Assembly: GCA_004431415.1 (NCBI GenBank)
Contig: QPMI01000679.1
Location: 1 to 64,000 of the forward strand
DNA length: 64,000 nt
Source of the DNA: Cyanophora paradoxa CCMP329
Lineage: Eukaryota > Plantae > Glaucophyta
Direction of reading: 5' to 3'
This document shows positions 11,501 to 24,900 of the stretch, piece by piece. The position numbers and the translations under genes were made by a program. Under the pieces are notes generated by a model. The model was given only the letters and a program-made list of their open reading frames with translations, made no database searches and was not told the origin of the DNA. Each line of letters starts with the position of its first letter. Position 1 is the stretch's first letter.

Positions 11501-12155
11501 GTGGCAGCTCAGCTGGCGCTGGCGAACGCGCTGGCGGGCCTGCCGACCTCGGAGCTCGCCAACGCCGGCCTCGGGCGCGACGCTGCCGCTGCCTTCCGCT
11601 GGGCCCACGCCGCCGCCGAGCTCGGCTCGCGCGTGGGCGCCATCAAGGCGGCGCGGGCGCTCGAGGCGGGCGAGGGGGCGCCCCGCAAAGACTACGCTGC
11701 GGCCGCCGCCATGTACGAGCGCGCCGCCGGCTGCGAGGTGCGGCGCTTCCCGCCCGGCCCGGCCTTGCCCGGCCCAGGCCTGAAGCCGGCGCAGAAGCTG
11801 GTGGACGACGACGTCTCGGGCTCCTTTGAGCTCGAGGTCGACGACCACGAGCTCTGGGCCGCCGGTTCGACTCCCGCCGGGTCCGCTTTCCACGCGCTGA
11901 CGGGGGGCGGGGGCGGGGCAGTGGGGGCGCTGCACGGGAAGGGCGGGCACGGGCTCGGGGAGGGCCCGGCGTACGACAAGGCCCAGGAGGCGTACCTCAA
12001 GGCCGCCGAGGCCGCCGAGGCCGTCATGAAGGCCCGCCACGCCCCCGCCCCGCCCCGCCCGTGGACCTTTGAATCTCCCCTGATCATGAGCGCAGGCAAA
12101 GAAGGCGGCGACGTACTACGCCCTCGCGGAGCAGATGGAGGCCAACATGGGCTGA
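8532..12155 (+). CDS. EEF2K: eEF2 kinase (alpha-kinase + C-terminal SEL1-like repeats)
   Basis: KKWVALYQK|AAAKSDPYSDFDIEHIPAETA|IRHFY|DPQKNEW|RQSVTKIKLEPKAFGKGAMR; YCVERYLEGEYIKYNSNVG; RNTPQAFSHFTF; VVDIQGVGDLYTDPQ|IHS; GEGNLGIRG..FFHTHKCNHIC; SEL1-like helices ending AKKAATYYALAE. Confidence 0.9.
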
Positions 12156-12920
12156 GGCCCGCCCCCGCGAGCGCCCGCCGGCGCCGCCGCGGCCCGTGGC
12201 CAGCTGCACTGTGGCAGCTTTGGCGATGCGGCGCTGATGCAGCGACTGCTAGCCGAGCTTTTTCGATATATCGACATCGATGCTTTGTTTCGCGAATTTC
12301 AATTCGATGCTGCACACAGCTCCGCGGGGCCGCGGCAGGCCGCGCGCGGCCGGCGGCTGCGAGCTCCAGCTCGATCGCGAGCTCGAGCTCGCCTCCGAGT
12401 CTCGCCCCCCCCCCCCCTCCCCCCCTCCCCTTTTTTTCCCGTGACGCCGTCAACCCCAACCAAGCTGCCGCCTCAACGACCGTAGACGCCCGGCCGGACT
12501 TTCCCATCTCTCTCCGAGCTCCTCGCCGTGCTCTCAAGGCCAGAAGCACGGAATTCGAACAGAGGATAGCGCGGGCGCGCCCTGTGCAAGCGCAGCTCGG
12601 ACAAGTTCCACCAAGCTGCAGCTGCTCGTCCGCAGCACCGCGAGGCACACTTTTCGAGCCAAGAGCAGCGATTTCAAGCAGCTTCTAGACAGCGCAGCTC
12701 GCGCAGCCCGATCCCTGATGATCTCTCCTTCGAGCTCCGGCCGCGTACGCGTGCGGCGAGGGGCGGACGAGACGCACAGGCCTAGGCACTGGAGAGCGCG
12801 GAGAGGAGATGCCTGCGTCGTTCATTAGCCCAGCGCGCGCCAGCTGGCCCCCGCTCGTCGGGCGCGTCGAAGCGGGCGGAGTACTAGTTTCCCCTCGAGC
12901 TCGGTGGCGCGCGGCGGCCG

Positions 12921-15900
12921 ATGAGGGACGCGGAGAGCGGTGACTGCCACGGCGGCCAGCTTGCGGAGCGGAGAGCCTGGCAGCGGGCGCGTGGCGGCCC
13001 AAGCCCCAGCGCCCGGGCCCGCCGGCCGCCGCCGGGGGAGAGCGCTAGCTCGAGGCGGCCGCGAGCTGGAGAGCGGCCGGCGCGAGCGGGCGGCGCCGCC
13101 GCGCTCCTGTGCCTTCTGGCGCTGCGGCTGCTCGGGTCGGCGCGGGCGGGGGCGCCGGTGATGCCGGAGGGCCGCGCGAACCTGCGCGTGCTGATGCTCG
13201 TCCACCCGAGCCGGGCCGACGTGAACTACGCCGGCCTGCCGCTCTGCGTGGGGCGCACCGTCAGCAGCGGCACGTACCTCGTGATCTCGGAGAGCACGTG
13301 CTTCTCGGGCGCCTCCGACCTACCCCTGTACTTCACCCTGGCCCCCGGCACCACCGATCTCTACTACATCGTGCGCGCGCCCCGCCGCCCCGTCCCGCCC
13401 CGCACCGCACCGCCCCGCCCCGCCCCGCCGCTGCTCGAGAGCTCGCGCTGAGCTTTCGCCGCAGCGCTTCGGACTCGACGACTCGGTGGTCAACGGCGGC
13501 TGTGCGCGCGCGACGCCCCCCCCCCCCCCCCCCCCCGCCCGCCCGCGCGCCCGCGCCGCGCGCCCAGCGATCGCGAGCGCCTCCGATCCGCAGGGAGCAT
13601 GTACCCCACGCGGTCCGAGTTCACGGGGGTGCCCCTCCAGCAGCTGCGCGTCGCCTGGTGGCGGGGTAGCCCCAGCTCCGAGGCGAACGGCTGGGTACCC
13701 CTCGCGGCTTCCCCTCCCCCTCCGGCCCCTCCCTGAAGCCGGCGGGCCGCCAGCTCGAGATCGAGTACGGTGGCGCCTACTGCATCGAAGCGGTCATGGT
13801 GCGGTACCCCTCCCCTCCCCTCCCCCCCCCTCGAGCTCGCCCCCCCGGCCGACGGCGAGGGGCAGCCGTACTACGGGTGGGCGGTAGAGTGGAAGGGCTG
13901 CACGGGATCGGAGCTGCAGCGGTGGCAGATCGCGTTCCCCTCCGGCGGCATCGACTACCCGACCAAGCCCCCCGCCGTCCCCGCCACCGGCCCGCCTCGC
14001 CTCCGACCCCCCGCCTGTTTTTCGAATTCGCCACTTACCCCCACGGTGCTCATTCTCCGCAGGGGTCCTTTTCGGAACGGTGGGCGGCACGGCCGGGCCC
14101 CGCTCCATCAGGTACCCCCCTCCCCTCCCCCCCACCCCCCTTTCCCCCCATTCGGGGCCCGCGTGCTGAGGGGGGTCGGGCGGCGGCAGCGTACCCCCCT
14201 TCGCCCTGTCCCCGCCGTTCACGATGGAGGTGTGGGTAGCCCCCCGCCAGAACCAGGCCTACGGCAGCCGCCTCTTCGGTGCGCCCCGCGGCCGGCCCGC
14301 CGGCCCCCGCCCGGATCCCGGGAGGATCGGCCGGGCCCGGGTTCGAATCCCGGTGCAGACTTTGCGGACCCGGATCTCTACTCGCGGACGAACATCCGCG
14401 CCCTCTCCGCCGCCTTCTGCCCCGCCGAGCGCCCCGCCTGCAGCGTCCGCCCCCGCGCCGCGCCCGCCCCGCACGCCGGCCCCGCTCGAGCCGGGCCGGG
14501 GCTGGCCGGGGCGGGGCAGGTGGGCGCCGGCGGGCTGGCGCTGGAGGTGCGGGCGCACGATGCAGCGGGGGCTCTCCTCGCCTCCAGCGTCCTGTTCACC
14601 GGCGCCAGCGCCATCCCCGTCCGCCCCGCCCCGCCCGCCCCGCCCCGCCCCGCCCCGCCCCGCCCCGCCTTTACATCTCTCTCCCCATCAGATCTCGGCG
14701 GCGCCCTCGCACGTGGCGATTGCGTGGGGCGCCCCTGACGCCTCCGGCCTCTGCCCCCTCTCCGCCTTCCTCAACGGTACCCCCCGCGCCCACGCCCGCG
14801 CTCGCGCCCCGTCGGCGCTTCCCTCTGACGCCGGCGGCCGTGCTCTCAGGGGTGCTCGTGCACTACGGGACGGTGGCCTCGCCGCCGGCGGCCGCACGCG
14901 CCAGCGGCCTCCTCGGCGGCCCCAACGAGTGGGCGCGCTCGCCCCGCTTCCTACGTTGCCGCGCCGGGCGGGGCTGAGGCCTGGGGCGCGGGCCCGCAGG
15001 GGGCGCCGCACGCGACGGACGTGCTGCTGGCGGAGCTGCGGGTGTGGCCGGCGGCCCTCTCGCCGGCGCAGGTCGACGGCTCCTACCGCGGGACGCTGCC
15101 CCCAGGGGCTCCCCTCCTCCGCTACCGCCTCGACGACTGCGCCGCCGCCGGCGTCTGCCCTCGCCTCCGCCCCCGCTTCAGCTTTTGCCCTCTGAACTGA
15201 GTGAGAGCAGCTGGCGCGGGTGGCGGTGGACAGCTCCGGGGCGGCGCTGCACGGGGCGCTCAGCGGCGACGTCGAGTTCGTGTGCTCCGGGGGCTCCCCG
15301 CCCCCGCCCCCGGAGCGCCTCTCGGCCCCCGCCATCCTCTCCCTCGCCGCCACGGGCCCCCTCTCGGTCGCAGCCGTTCTGAAGTTCACGGCGGGCGAGG
15401 GCGCCGCCCGGCTCCAGCTCTCCTGCACGGCCCCGGGCTACGCCCCCCTCGTCAAGTCCGTGGCGGTCTCTGACGCGGACGCGGCGGGCGGCGGCGGCGG
15501 CGTGGCGGTGGCGCTGGCGGTCGAGCCGTCCTTCGGGGACGACTACCGCCTCACCTGCGGCGCCGTCGCCGTCAAGGCCCGCCCGCCCGCCAGCCGCCCG
15601 CCAACCGCTCCGCTCCGCTCCAGGCCTGACGGACACGCGCACGGTTTCCTCGCAGGCCTCGGGCTTCTCGTCGACGCCGTCGGTGGCGGTGGCGGCGACG
15701 GTCTTTGGGAGCGCGTCGCTGTCGGGGAAGGCGCAGTCGGCCCTGCTGCCATCGGGCAGCGCCGCCGCCTCCAACGCCCTCCCCCGCGTCGGTGCGCACG
15801 CGCGCCCAAAGAAGCGCCGGCTAGGCACCGCTGAGCCGAGGGAGGGCAGGGACGGGCCTGCCGCTGGGCGGGGGCGGCGGGGCGGTGCTCGTCGCCGCGA

Positions 15901-18900
15901 CGGCGCTGCCGGGCTACCCGCTGGGCGCCCGCCCGGCCTCGCGGCGGCTCGCCCTCGTGGCGCGGCGCGAGGGCGCGCTGCTGCTCTGCGAGTACGACGT
16001 CGACGCGGGGGCCTGCGGGGCCCTCGTACCCCTCCCCTTCCCCGGCCTCTCAGCCGAGACCCGCCTCGACTTCTCGTTCGCCTCCCTCTCCCCGTGGCCC
16101 GCCAAGGCCCGCCCGACTCCGTACCCCCATCCGTTCCCCCCCCCCCTTCTTTCTGTTTACACTCCGCAGGACCCGGACGTGTTCCTTCCCCCCTGGGACC
16201 TGGCGGCGGCGCAGGGGGACTGGGGCTGGGGTACAGACGCCTACGCGCGGCGGGCCTCGCTCCTAGGGCGCGAAGTCGCCCGCCTGCTCCTGCCCCCCTC
16301 CGAGTGCCGGGGCGCCGCCTGCCTCGGCTTCGCCCCGCGCCGCTGGGCGGGGTACGCCTACTCGTCCGGCTGCGAGGAGGGCGCGCGGCGGGGCGCGCTG
16401 CGTGCGTGGCCGGCCGGCGCCTGTCCCACCGCCTCGGCGCTGGAGCGGGCGGTCCCGGCGGCGGCCTTCGCGCACGACTTCCGCCACTTCCGCGCCGCGT
16501 ACGAGCGCCGCCTCTACGAGTCCCTCTCCGGCCTCTCCTCCGGCGACGACGAGCGGCGCGCCCCGTCTAAAGCTTGTCCTTGACCTTCGAATTTTGCCTT
16601 AAGCTGTTCTTGACTTTCGCGCAGGACGGGGTGGCTGGGGCACCTCTCGTCCTTCTACCTGCACTCCCCCTCGGTGCCTTCAAATTCAAATTCGTTCGCT
16701 TCAACGCTTCGGTTCGGTTTCTGAGGCCGCCCGGGCAGCCGACGGGGAGCGGGGGCAGCGCGGGGGCGCACGCGGGGCGGCACCGGCAGCTGCAGGCCGA
16801 GCGGCTCGCGCGGGCGGCCTCCGCCTCCGCCTCCGCCTCCGCCTCCGCCGGGGACGGCGCGGCCCTCGGGCTTGACTCGCACGCCTTTCACGAAGCCACC
16901 GCCTGCCTCGACTGTGAGTTTCGGCCGCCCAGGCGGACGGACGTCTTTAAGCTGAAGCCTAAGCGTAATGAATTAGAGGCCCCTGCGCGCTCTTGCAAGC
17001 TTCTGCGCGCGCCCGCTAAACTTGAGAGATTCCCCAGCTTTCATTCTTGAGCTTACTCTAGCCTTTTCGGCGCAGTCTACGACGCGGAGCCGGTGGGGGC
17101 GGGGATGCAGCTGACGCCCGAGGGGCGGGAGACGGCGGCGGAGGTGGCGTGGGCGACGGGCGCCGGGCACGCCGCGATGCTCCTGCAGGAGACGCGCGCC
17201 TTCGCCTTCTGGGGCCGCGGCGCCGCCCTCTTCGCCTCCTGGGCCGCCTCAGGCCCCGACGAGGTCGTACCCCTCGCGAAGGCCCGCCCGCTCGTTTTCG
17301 AATTTGATCCTTTCGATCGAATTGAGCCGTTCTTAAAATGGATTGCAGGCCTGCTCGCTGTTTCACGGAGTGGCCTTCCTCCTGTTCGACGCGGCGGCCC
17401 TCGCCCCGCCGGGGTACTCGCCCTCCACGGCCTCCACGTACCCCCCGCCGCGCTGGCCGGCGGCCGACGGCGCGGCCTCGTTCGCGGACGTGTACCCCCC
17501 CGGGGCGTCGGCGCAGGCGATGGCGGCGGACGGGCGCCTCGCGGAGGGGGGCCCCCTCATGTACCACGCCGTCGTCCGGTTCGAATCAGCTTCGAGCCGC
17601 TTGAATTCAATTCCCGTGTATCCTAGTATAAGATCCGGTGCCCGCAGGGTTCCCTTTTTCCCGTTCTCGCCGCCGGCGTGCGGGGCGGCGCTCACGGCCG
17701 GCCTCTGCCCCACGCGCCTCATCGCGCACGTCACCGCCCTCCTCTCCTGGCCCGCCCCGCCCCTTTCGAGTCTTTCTTGAGCTCGTGTGATCTGTCGTGC
17801 AGGGAGGTGCGGCCGGAGACGGCCGTGGAGCGGGCCTCGGGCCTGCGGGCGGCCAACGCGTCGTTCCCCTCCCCCGCGACGTACCGCGCGAGCCGGGCGG
17901 CGCCCTCGGCGCCCCGCGTCCTCCGCACCGACTTCGTGCCCCTTGAGGACCAGTGGATCGTGCAGAACGAGCGGCCCCTGCAGAGCGGCCACGGCCACGG
18001 CGTGCGCCCGGCCCGCGCCTCGAATTCCGACTCGCTCTGATTTGATCCGCTAATTCGATCCGCTCGCAGTACCTGGAGGGACGCTTCGTGGACCCCCCCG
18101 AGGGCCGGCGCGCGCGCTCGCGGCCCCGCTCCTCGAGCTCCGCTCCGCCCCGGCTATTTATAACTCGGGAACGTACCCCTTGCAGGTTCGCCTTCTACGT
18201 CACGGGCGACCAGATCGTCCGCGTCCGGTGCGCCTCTGCTTCTACAACAGAATATCCGGCTGCCAGTTTTTCGCGCTGAGGCCGGCCCTGCAGGAAAGTG
18301 GACTCGTACCAGAGCGGGATGGCGGGCTCCGTCGACGGCGCGGCGCGCATCTACGGCGGCGACGGCTGGCGCCCCAGCCGCGCCGAGTGGACCAGCGTCG
18401 CCGCCGCCGCCTACAAGGACGGCGCCCTCTTCCTCTTCCGCGAGGTGAAAAACACATAAGAAGGCCGTTCTGGAAGGATTAAAAACAGCTATAGTGACTT
18501 CGACTTCGGCCGCAGGTGCACACGGCGGGGAACACGCGCTCGTTCGCGTTCGGGACGGCGGGCCCGCGGCCCGTGCTCCTCCTCGCGCGCCGCCTGCAGC
18601 GGGCGGCGGCGCGCGCGCCCTCCTCGCAGCTGCTGCGGGTGCGGGGCGTGGACGCCGAGTACCCCCCCGGCTCCTTCTCCCCCCTTGTGGACGTCCTCCT
18701 GCCCGACGCCCCCGCCGGGGTACTCGCCCTCGCCGCCGTCGACGACTTCGCCGGCTCCTCGGAGCCCATGTTCGGGTTCGATTCGGAGGGGGGGGAGAAG
18801 GCGGACCCGGGCGCCCCGTACCCCCTCATGGACGCCCTCCTCTTCGTCGTCTCCGAACCGTGCGCTCTCTCTCAATTTTCAAACTGAATCGTTTAAATTT

Positions 18901-21900
18901 GAATTTTCTGGGGCGGGTCCAAGCTGAATTCGAGTTTCTGGGGCGGGTCCAAGCTGAATTCGAGTTTCTGGGGCGGGTCCAAGCTGAATTCGAGTTTCTG
19001 GGACGGGTCCAAGCTGAATTCGAGCCGTATACGTAGCTTTAAGCTTTTGGCTTCGAATTCTAATTCTAAGGCCCCCGCCGCGCGCCGCAGGCCGGGCGTC
19101 TTCAAGATCCACACCAAGTGCCCGCCGGGGACCCGCTGGAACTGGGAGCAGGCCCGCCCCGGCGCTGCGTCCGACGACGCCGGCGGCAACGCGGCGCCGT
19201 GCCGCCCGCTGCCGGCCGGCCGCTACTCGGACCGCGCGGGCCTCCTCCTCGACGCGGACGCGCCGCTCTGCTGGGCGGGGAGCTGGAGCGGGCCGGGCAG
19301 CACGGCCTGCACGCCCTGCAGGCCCGGCACGAGCTCCGCCGAGGGCGCCTCCGCCTGCTACGGTGCGCCCCGCGCCGGTAAGTTGCCAGCTCATGATCAG
19401 CTGACCCGCCGCCTTCTTGCAGCGTGCCCGCAGCACACGGCGTCGATCGCGGCGGGGGGCGCCTGCACCGAGTGCTGGGCCATCTCAGGGTACGAGCAGT
19501 TCCGCTACAGCTACTTCACCCCCCGTGCCGGCTGGGACATGACCTGCGCCCTCTGGTACCCCCCTTCCCCCCTCCCCTTTCGATGCACGCTGATGGGTGA
19601 TGGGTGATGCGCAGCCCGCCGGGGTACTACCTGAGCGAGCCGGGGGGCGCGCAGTGCCTGGCGTGCCCGAGCCACCAGTTCAGCTTCATCTACGGGGCCG
19701 TCTCGCGCTGCGAGGACTGCCCGTGGGGCATGACCCCCTCCTCCGACCGCTCCACGTGCCTCCCCTGGTCCGAAGCTCGAGCAAAGCTGTCGCGGTCGTT
19801 CGTCGTCTTCTTTCGGAAGCTTTAACTTCGATCTCGCAGCCCGGAGGGGACGTACCAGGCGGTGCCGAGCGGGCCGTGCGCGCGATGCCCGGCGGGGACC
19901 ATCGGGCGGCAGCGCGCCCTCGAGCCGCCCGTGCTCGTCGGGCCGGCCTTCCGCCAGCTCGTGCTCGCCCGCGTCGGCCAGACCCTCGCCTGCGAGCCCT
20001 GCCCCCCGGTGCGCGCGCCCTCGAGCTCCCAGCTGGACTTCACTCGATTTCATCTTAGCTTGACTTAAATAAATAAACTAGCTTGGCTGAACTTAAATAA
20101 ACTCTATTTGATTTTAGCTGGGCTTAGCCTACAATTGTATTAGCTTAACTGAACTAAATCAAACTCGATTTGATCTTAGCTTTACTTGGCTCGGCTTACT
20201 TCACTTTGCTGCAGGGGACGGTGCCGACGCGGGTCGGGGAGGCGTGCGCCGCCTGCCCGCCGGGGACCGAGCGGCCCTCGCTCGGGCAGCTCGCCTGCGC
20301 GCCCTGCCGCGTGGACTTTGCGGCCCCCGCGGGGGGCCTCTGCGCCCCCTGCCCCCGCGGCTTCGTCTCCACCGCCGACCGCCTCCAGTGCACCCCCTGC
20401 GCCCCCGGTTCGACTACGGCTCGATGAATCCGATCCCATCGAAACCCCTCACGCTCCGGCCGCGGGCAGGGACGTACGAGGCGGAGGATCGGCCCGGGGT
20501 GTGCCTGCGCTGCCCGGAGAACAGCGTCGCGCCGTACCCCGGGGCCGCCGCCTGCGCCCCCTGCGACCCGGGCCACGTCTCCTCGTCCGACTCGCGGTGC
20601 GCGGCGACTCGCATAAAATCTTAGCCGAGCTCTTAAGGAGCAGATAGAAATAAAGAGCGGGTCTCTTAATATGCGAGAGAGCAGGTCTTAAGGAACAGAG
20701 AGAAAGCTTAAGAGCGGGTCTCTTATAATGCGAAATCAACTTGGTTCATGATCACGGCCCCGCCGTTGACCATGGTCCCCCCCGTCGGCTTAAACCCGCG
20801 GCCAGCCTTCGAATTCGCCGCCTGATCCCCCGCCGCCGCCCGCAGGCTCTGCCTCCCCTGCAGCCCCGGTCCGACGCCTGCACCTCGCGCCCTCGACCTC
20901 GACCTCGCTGACTGGTCCCGGGCGCCACTCCAGGGACGGTGCGGGGGGCGAACGAGACGGCGTGCCGGCCGCTGGGGCCCGGCCTCGTCTCCCCCGCCGG
21001 GGCGCGGGCGGCCGCCGGCTGCGCCAACGGGAGCGTGCCGGCCCTCTCACGCGACTCGTGCCTCCCGTGCCCCAAGGGCCCGCCCGCCCGCCCGCCCCCC
21101 CGCCCCCTCCGCTCCCGTCGCCGCCGCTCTTCTTCTTCTGATCGATATCGACGTGCGCAGGGACCTACCAGGGCGGTGCCGACGGGCTGGAGTGCCTCAG
21201 GTGCTTCCATTTAGATTCCTCGACCGAAATTGGCCGAAATTGCGCTCCGCAGCTGCCCGGCGAACCACGCGTGCGGCCACGAGGGCTGCCTCGCCTGCTC
21301 CGCGTGCCCCGCCGGCTCCGTCGCCGCCGCCGACCTCCAGAGGCGCCCCCTTGTTTCTTCTTCAGACCCCTTACGCTTCTTACTTCTTCTTCTTTCTGAG
21401 TCGCGTTCTATATTTAGCTGCGTGGAGTGCCCGGCGGGGAGCTACCGCTCGGCGGCGATGGCGCGCTGCGAGCCGGCGCCCCGCGGCGCCGTCGCGGCCC
21501 GCGGCGCCGCCGCCTTCGCGTTCTGCGCGGAGGGAACGGTGCCGAACGGGGCGGCCACAGACTGCGCGCCGTGCCCCCGCGGCACCTTCTGGACCACCAA
21601 CTACACTTGCCTGAGGCGCGCGCGCCCGCGATCCCCGCGCTCGACTCGCTCCGTCTAACTCGTAGCAGCTGCCCCATCAACACGGCGTCTTCGTCCCTGG
21701 GCGCCCTGGCGTGCTCGCCCTGCGGGGCCGGCCGGGCGGCGGCAGCGGACGGGCAGACGTGCGGGCCGTGCCCGGCGGGGACCTACCGCGCGGAAGGGAT
21801 GCCGTCCTGCGAGCCGGTCCCGGAGGGCACCGTCTCGGACCCGGGGCGGGCCACGTACGCGCCCTGCGGCGCCGGCTTCCTTCCCAACGCCGCCCGCGAC

Positions 21901-24900
21901 GCCTGCCTGCCCTGCCCCAAGGGCACGTTCCACGACGCGGCGGCCGGCCTAGGCCTCGGCCTCTGCCGCCGCTGCCCGCCGGCGTCGGTCGCCCCGCGCG
22001 AGGCGATGGCGGCGTGCGAGGCGTGCCCGGCGGGGCAGCTGCCCTCGCCCGACCTCCAGCGCTGCGCGGCGTGCCCAGCGGGGGCGCACCGCGCGGAGAA
22101 CGGGACGAGCTGCACGCCGGCGGCGGCCCGCGAGGTCGCCCGCGGCGGCTTCCTCGCCGCCTGCCCCGCGGGCCACGTCCCCAACGGGCCCCGAGACGCC
22201 TGCGAGCCCTGCCCCGCCGGTCAGCCGGCCCCCCGCCTCCCCTTTGCGCGATCTTGAAGAGCTTTGCTGAAGATTTTAAGCGAGATCTAAAAATCTAAAG
22301 CTCCGATCAAGGTCTTAAAAAGGATCCAAATTAAAGGTCTTCGCTCATGATTGAATACCGGCGTGCAGGGAGCTACCAGGCCGGGGACGAGTGCGCGGCG
22401 TGCGGGGACAACGCCGTCGCCCCGGCGCCCGGCCTCGCCGCGTGCCTCCCCTGCGGAGAGGGGTACGCCAGCTCCGCCGACGGCCAGAAATGCGTCGGTG
22501 CGCCGGTCGCGGGCCGCATGCCGGGCCCTTCAAAATAAAATGACATGTGTCCGTTTTTTTAACGTTCAGAGTGCATGGCGGGGTTCTACCGGCACGAAGG
22601 CATGCCGCAGTGCCTGCCCGCGCCCGCCGGCGCCGTCGCCCCGCCCGCCTCGCGCAACTTCACCGCCTGCGCGCCGGGCTCCGTGCCCAACGCCGAGCGG
22701 AGCGCCTGCGTGCCGTGCCCCGCCGGCACGCGCGGGGCCGAGCCCCCCGGCACCCTCTGCCTCCCCTGCCTCGGTGCGCCGCCTCGCATCCCGGCCTCAG
22801 CTTCATTACAAGCGTCTTCTCATGCGCTTTCGCCGCAGGGAACTCGTACACGCCCGCGGCCGGCATGACCGCCTGCATCGAGTGGTGCGCCCGCGCCGCT
22901 TCAATTAATATAATATTCGTCCTCGCGCCATGTCGGATCAAATTGAGTAAATTAAACGCCGTCTTCTTCTTCTTCGCAGCCCGGCGGGAGCGGTTGTGGA
23001 CGGGGTCCGCCAGGGCTGCAGCCCGTGCCGCCCCGGCAGCTTCCGCCCCGCAAACGCCTCCTCCTGCCAGGAGGTCCCCCGCTCCCATTCCTTCGGCCTT
23101 TCCCTCAATACAATTTGACTTCGTTCGCAATTCGGCTTCGTTCGCAGTGCCCCTTCGGGACGTACGCCGGGGCGTCCGGAGCGAGCGCCTGCGGCCTCTG
23201 GTCAGCTGCTCGGCGCCCTCTCTCCGCTTAGAGCTCCTAGGCCTGTGCTGAGCGCCGCCCGCCTTCGTTCTCAGCCCGCCGGGGACGGAGGCGAGGCGCG
23301 ACCGCGCCGGCTGCGCGCTGTGCCGCGCCGGCTCCGCTTCCCGCAACGGGACGTGCGAGGCGTGCCCCGACGGGGCCGTCTCGGCCCCCGGCGCCCTCGC
23401 TTGCGCCGCCTGCCCCGCCGGCTCCGTCAGCAACGGCCACCGCTCCGCCTGTGTCCCCTGCGGCCCCGGCACGCACCAGCCCCAGGGCACGGTGCGATTT
23501 CGAGCTGAAATCTAATCTTCGACTCTGGTTTCTGAGCCCAACGCCTCAGAACGCGTGCCTGCCGTGCCAGTCGGGCACGTGGGCGCCGGCCGGCTCCGCG
23601 CGGTGCGAGCGCTGCCCGCCCGGCAGCGTCGCCTCCGCCAACGGCGTGCGCTGCATCCCCTGCGACCCGGTGCGCGGAGGACGTGGCGGCGCGCGCGCCT
23701 CTGCTCTTCCCTCCAGCGCCGTCGACGCATACGCCTTCGCAGGGCACCTACATGCCCGACGGGGCCTCCACGTGCGTCCCGTGCCCCACGCAGCACTACG
23801 CGCCGCGGGCGGGGGCCGCCGGCGCGTGCCTGCCGTGCCCGGGCGGGCACCAGAGCTCCGGCGGCCGCGCCGTCTGCTTCCCCTGTGACGCCGTGCGCCC
23901 TTCGCGCCTTAGATCTCCTCGACCTTGCCCTACCTTCAAATCCACTCTGAAATAATTTGGTTTGCTTACTCGCAGGGGTTCTTCCGCCCGGCGAATTCTT
24001 CCCAGGGCTGCCGGGCGTGCCCCGTGGCCGGGGTTGCCCGCCTGCCCGGCGCCACCTCCTGCCACGCCTGGTGCGCCGCCCTCTCCCCTTCGTCTTGATA
24101 GATGATCGGTTCCCGGATTTTAGATCAAAAATAGCAGAAGAAAGCGAAGTAAGCAAAAGAACTCAAAATAATTTTAACAATGAGAGTGCAATAAAGACAG
24201 CCAAAGATCGGCGGTGTTCTGAAGAAAGTATCTCTAGATCTGTGCAATGTGGTTTCCGCTTTCTGAGGCGTGCGGCAGCCCGGCGGGGACGGTCCCCGAC
24301 GAGAGGCACGGCGGCTGCCGGCGTGCGTGCCCCGCCCCGCCCCGCCCCGCCCCGCCCTTCTCTGTCTTCTCTCTCTCCCGTCTTAGACCGCCCCGCGCGC
24401 AGCGTGCGAGGCGGGCTTCTTCCCGCTGGACGGCCAGTGTGCGCCCTGCCCTCCCCGCTCCATCTCCACGCCGGGGGGTACGTGTGCAGACGCGACCCGC
24501 CTCCCCCGGCGCCGTAGGCTCCGGTCCGCCTCATGTAAACTCGCTCGCACGCGCAGGCGCGGCGTGCGAGCGGTGCCCGGCGGGCCACGTGGCGGACGCG
24601 GCGCGGGCGCGCTGCCTGCCCTGCCCCGCCGCGCAGTACGTCCCCGAAGACAGCGACTCGCCCTCCTGCCTCCGTGCGCCCCCCGCTTATAGCTGCTTGT
24701 AACTATCTTAACATGCGTTTCACCGTTTGTTACCTTGGATTGGCGCACACAAACGACGCTGACGCCCCGGCTCGCGATGGCGCGCAGCGTGCCCGGCGAA
24801 CCACGTGTCGGAGGGTGGGGCGGCGGCCTGCGCGCCCTGCGGGGCGGGCTCCGAGCGCGACGTGGCGGGCGTCCGCTGCCTCGAGTGCCCCCCGGGCTCC

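Noticed and set aside
9638-12688. 1016-aa ORF and other long Arg/Pro/Gly-rich ORFs in the track
   Set aside because: Stop-poor frames caused by extreme GC; they read through introns and mostly in the wrong frame of real genes.
18905-19024. 30-bp repeats as a CRISPR array
   Set aside because: Head-to-tail units without spacers, inside an intron of a eukaryotic gene; no cas genes.
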